Shown here: positions 61,805 through 64,000 of the stretch, one piece after another
Numbering within the stretch: position 1 is the first letter of the stretch
How the letters are laid out: each line of letters opens with the position of its first letter
Source of the DNA: Steroidobacteraceae bacterium
Lineage (GTDB): Bacteria > Pseudomonadota > Gammaproteobacteria > Steroidobacterales > Steroidobacteraceae
Direction of reading: 5' to 3'
Assembly (NCBI GenBank): GCA_035568235.1
Contig: DATMOK010000027.1
Location: 11,132 to 75,131 of the forward strand
Length of the DNA: 64,000 nt
Notes under the pieces: generated by a model
What the model saw: the letters and a program-made list of their open reading frames with translations, nothing else
What the model was told of the DNA's origin: nothing
The model's database searches: none
Position numbers and translations under genes: made by a program

Positions 61805-64000
61805 GTGAAAGCCGCCCCGTCGCAGCGGATCCGCAGCCTCCTGGTCGCGAACCGGGGCGAAATCGCCATTCGCGTCATGCGCGCGGCGAACGAGCTCGGC
61901 CTGCGCACCGTGGCGATCTACTCGCAGGAGGACCGCTTCTCGCTCCACCGCACCAAGGCGGATGAGGCGTACCTCGTCGGCCGGGACAGGAAGCCGGTCG
62001 AGGCGTACCTCGACATCGAGGATGTTCTGCGCATCGCGCGCGAGGCGCAGGTCGATGCCATCCATCCCGGCTACGGCCTGCTGTCGGAGAACCCGCAGCT
62101 GGCGCGCGGCTGCGCACGCGCCGGGGTCCTCTTTATCGGGCCCGAGCCCGACACCATGGAGCTGCTCGGCAACAAGGTCGCCGCCCGCGAGCTCGCGGTC
62201 TCGGCCGGCGTGGCGGTGATGCCTGCTACCGGAGCCTTGCCGGCGGAGCTCGCCGAATGTGCGCGGCTGGCGCACGAGATCGGCTACCCGGTGATGATCA
62301 AGGCGAGCTGGGGCGGCGGCGGGCGCGGCACGCGCGCGGTCGACGACGAGGCGCAGCTTCGCGAGCTGCTGCCGCTCGCGCGCCGCGAGGCGCGCACCGC
62401 CTTCGGCAACGACGAGGTGTACCTCGAGAAGCTCATCGTGCGGGCGCGACACGTCGAGGTACAGATCCTCGGCGATGAGCACGGCAACCTCGTGCACCTC
62501 TACGAGCGCGACTGCAGCATGCAGCGGCGTCATCAGAAGGTCGTGGAGCGCGCGCCGGCGGTATTCCTGCGCGAGGCGCAGCGCACCGAGCTCACCATGG
62601 CGGCGCTCGCCATCGGCCGCGCGGCGCGCTATCGCAACGCCGGCACGGTGGAGTTCCTCGAGGATGCCGACAGCGGGCGCTGCTACTTCATCGAGGTCAA
62701 CCCGCGTATCCAGGTCGAGCACACGGTGACCGAGGAGGTCACGGGCATCGACCTCGTGAAGGCACAGATCCGCATCGCCGGCGGGGCGCGCATCGGTACG
62801 CCCGAGAGCGGCGTGCCGCCGCAGGAGCAGATCCGCGTCTCGGGACACGCGCTGCAGTGCCGGATCACGAGTGAGGATCCGGAGAACAACTTCATCCCCG
62901 ACTACGGCAAGATCAGCGCCTACCGCAGTCCCGCAGGCTTCGGTATCCGCCTCGATGCCGGCACGGCCTACACCGGCGCGATCATCACCCGCTCCTACGA
63001 CTCGCTGCTCGTCAAGGTGACCGCGTGGGCGCCGACGGCCGAGGAGACCATCGCCCGCATGCACCGCGCGCTCGCCGAGTTTCGCATCCGCGGCGTCGTC
63101 ACGAACCTGCACTTCCTCGACCAGCTGATCACGCACCCGCGCTTCGCCTCCGGCGACTACACGACGCGCTTCATCGACGCGACGCCCGAGCTGTACCACT
63201 CGCCGGCGAAGCGCGACCGCGCTACGCGCCTGCTCGCCGGGCTCGGCACCACCATAGTCAACGGCCACCCCGAGGTTGCCGGGCGCGCGCGGCCGGCGCC
63301 GCAGCAGGCGCCGCCGCGGCTGCCGCCGGGAATCCTGCCTGCCCCGGCGCCCGGCACGCGGCAGAAGCTCGAGCAGCTCGGCGCCGAGGGCTTCGCGCGC
63401 TGGATGCTGAATGAGCAGCGCGTGCTCCTCACCGACACCGCGATGCGCGATGCGCACCAGTCGCTGCTCGCCACGCGGCTGCGCAGTATCGATCTCACCA
63501 CCATCGCGCCCTACTACGCGAGCCTCGCGCCGCAGCTGCTGTCGCTCGAGTGCTGGGGCGGAGCTACCTTCGATGTGGCACTGCGCTTTCTGCGCGAGGA
63601 CCCGTGGCAGCGGCTCGCGCAGCTGCGCGAGCGCGTCCCCAATATCCTGCTGCAGATGCTGCTGCGCTCGGCGAATGCCGTCGGCTACGCCAACTATCCG
63701 GACAACGTGCTGCGCTTTTTCGTGGCGCGCGCGGCGGCGCGCGGCATCGACCTGTTCCGCATCTTCGACTGCCTCAACTGGGTGGACAACATGCGCGTCG
63801 CGATCGATGCGGTGCGCGAGTCCGGCAAGCTGTGCGAGGCGGCCATCTGCTACACCGGGAACCTGAGCGATCCGCGCGAGAAGAAATACACGCTCGATTA
63901 CTACCTCAGGCTGGCGCGCGAGCTGAAAGCCGCCGGCACCCACATTCTCGGCATCAAGGACATGGGCGGGCTGTGCCGGCCGCGCGCCGCGCAGCTGCTG
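61805..64000 (+). CDS. pyc: Pyruvate carboxylase, single-chain type (3' end lies outside the window; absent from the ORF track because no stop codon is reached)
   Basis: My own translation from GTG 61805 is VKAAPSQRIRSLLVANRGEIAIRVMRAANELG... The biotin carboxylase motifs are KASWGGGGRG and EVNPRIQVEHTVTE. The carboxyltransferase domain follows (LLTDTAMRDAHQSLLATR). Alternative GTG starts are at 61790 and 61793. Confidence 0.9.
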   Translation, partial: MKAAPSQRIRSLLVANRGEIAIRVMRAANELGLRTVAIYSQEDRFSLHRTKADEAYLVGRDRKPVEAYLDIEDVLRIAREAQVDAIHPGYGLLSENPQLARGCARAGVLFIGPEPDTMELLGNKVAARELAVSAGVAVMPATGALPAELAECARLAHEIGYPVMIKASWGGGGRGTRAVDDEAQLRELLPLARREARTAFGNDEVYLEKLIVRARHVEVQILGDEHGNLVHLYERDCSMQRRHQKVVERAPAVFLREAQRTELTMAALAIGRAARYRNAGTVEFLEDADSGRCYFIEVNPRIQVEHTVTEEVTGIDLVKAQIRIAGGARIGTPESGVPPQEQIRVSGHALQCRITSEDPENNFIPDYGKISAYRSPAGFGIRLDAGTAYTGAIITRSYDSLLVKVTAWAPTAEETIARMHRALAEFRIRGVVTNLHFLDQLITHPRFASGDYTTRFIDATPELYHSPAKRDRATRLLAGLGTTIVNGHPEVAGRARPAPQQAPPRLPPGILPAPAPGTRQKLEQLGAEGFARWMLNEQRVLLTDTAMRDAHQSLLATRLRSIDLTTIAPYYASLAPQLLSLECWGGATFDVALRFLREDPWQRLAQLRERVPNILLQMLLRSANAVGYANYPDNVLRFFVARAAARGIDLFRIFDCLNWVDNMRVAIDAVRESGKLCEAAICYTGNLSDPREKKYTLDYYLRLARELKAAGTHILGIKDMGGLCRPRAAQLL

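Noticed and set aside
61718-63943. The upstream ~740 codons of the 1086-aa minus-strand ORF 60683-63943.
   Set aside because: Only the last 344 codons (the asparaginase paralogue, from ATG 61717) are credible. The rest is antisense to the clearly recognisable pyruvate carboxylase gene on the plus strand.
1-64000. A search for CRISPR arrays, IS elements or transposases, toxin-antitoxin pairs, restriction-modification or other defence cassettes, and rRNA genes.
   Set aside because: I found no regularly spaced direct repeats, no transposase, integrase, nuclease or helicase-type ORFs, and no rRNA-like sequence. GC content is uniformly high except in short intergenic patches.

Overview
A 64-kb, very GC-rich chromosomal segment that looks gammaproteobacterial. 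Gene families and local gene order suggest a Xanthomonadales/Nevskiales-like organism: cytochrome c4/DsbA/engB, dapF-DUF484-xerC-hslVU, AlgZ/AlgR, TamAB, and a Xanthomonas-type N-acyl-ornithine carbamoyltransferase. The taxonomic placement is inference only.

I can support about 57 protein-coding genes and one tRNA-Arg(CCG). I also report a few terminators, promoters and operators, and one candidate small RNA. I see no rRNA, CRISPR array, transposase, phage integrase or prophage. The many long ORFs antisense to real genes are the usual high-GC artefacts.

Two real genes are missing from the ORF track:
- A 40-codon ribosomal protein bTHX gene (7820-7942).
- A pyruvate carboxylase gene that runs off the 3' end (61805->64000).

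Most of the window is housekeeping. The items most worth a second look are:
1. An uncharacterised P-loop (DUF1611/DgcN-like) gene, translationally coupled inside an ArgR-led eight-gene arginine operon that lacks argA/argJ/argE.
2. An orphan, divergently transcribed FlhC-like / tandem-FlhD-like regulator pair. It is separated by a strikingly AT-rich, repeat-laden intergenic region and sits next to a CsgG-like/SH3 gene.
3. A structured, roughly 170-nt candidate sRNA with a C-rich (anti-SD-like) loop and a clean intrinsic terminator, between engB and two tandem OMP paralogues.
4. A trio of an outer-membrane barrel, a blue-copper cupredoxin and a c-di-GMP phosphodiesterase sensor.

All family assignments rest on motifs read by eye and on remembered family signatures. 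No database search was run.
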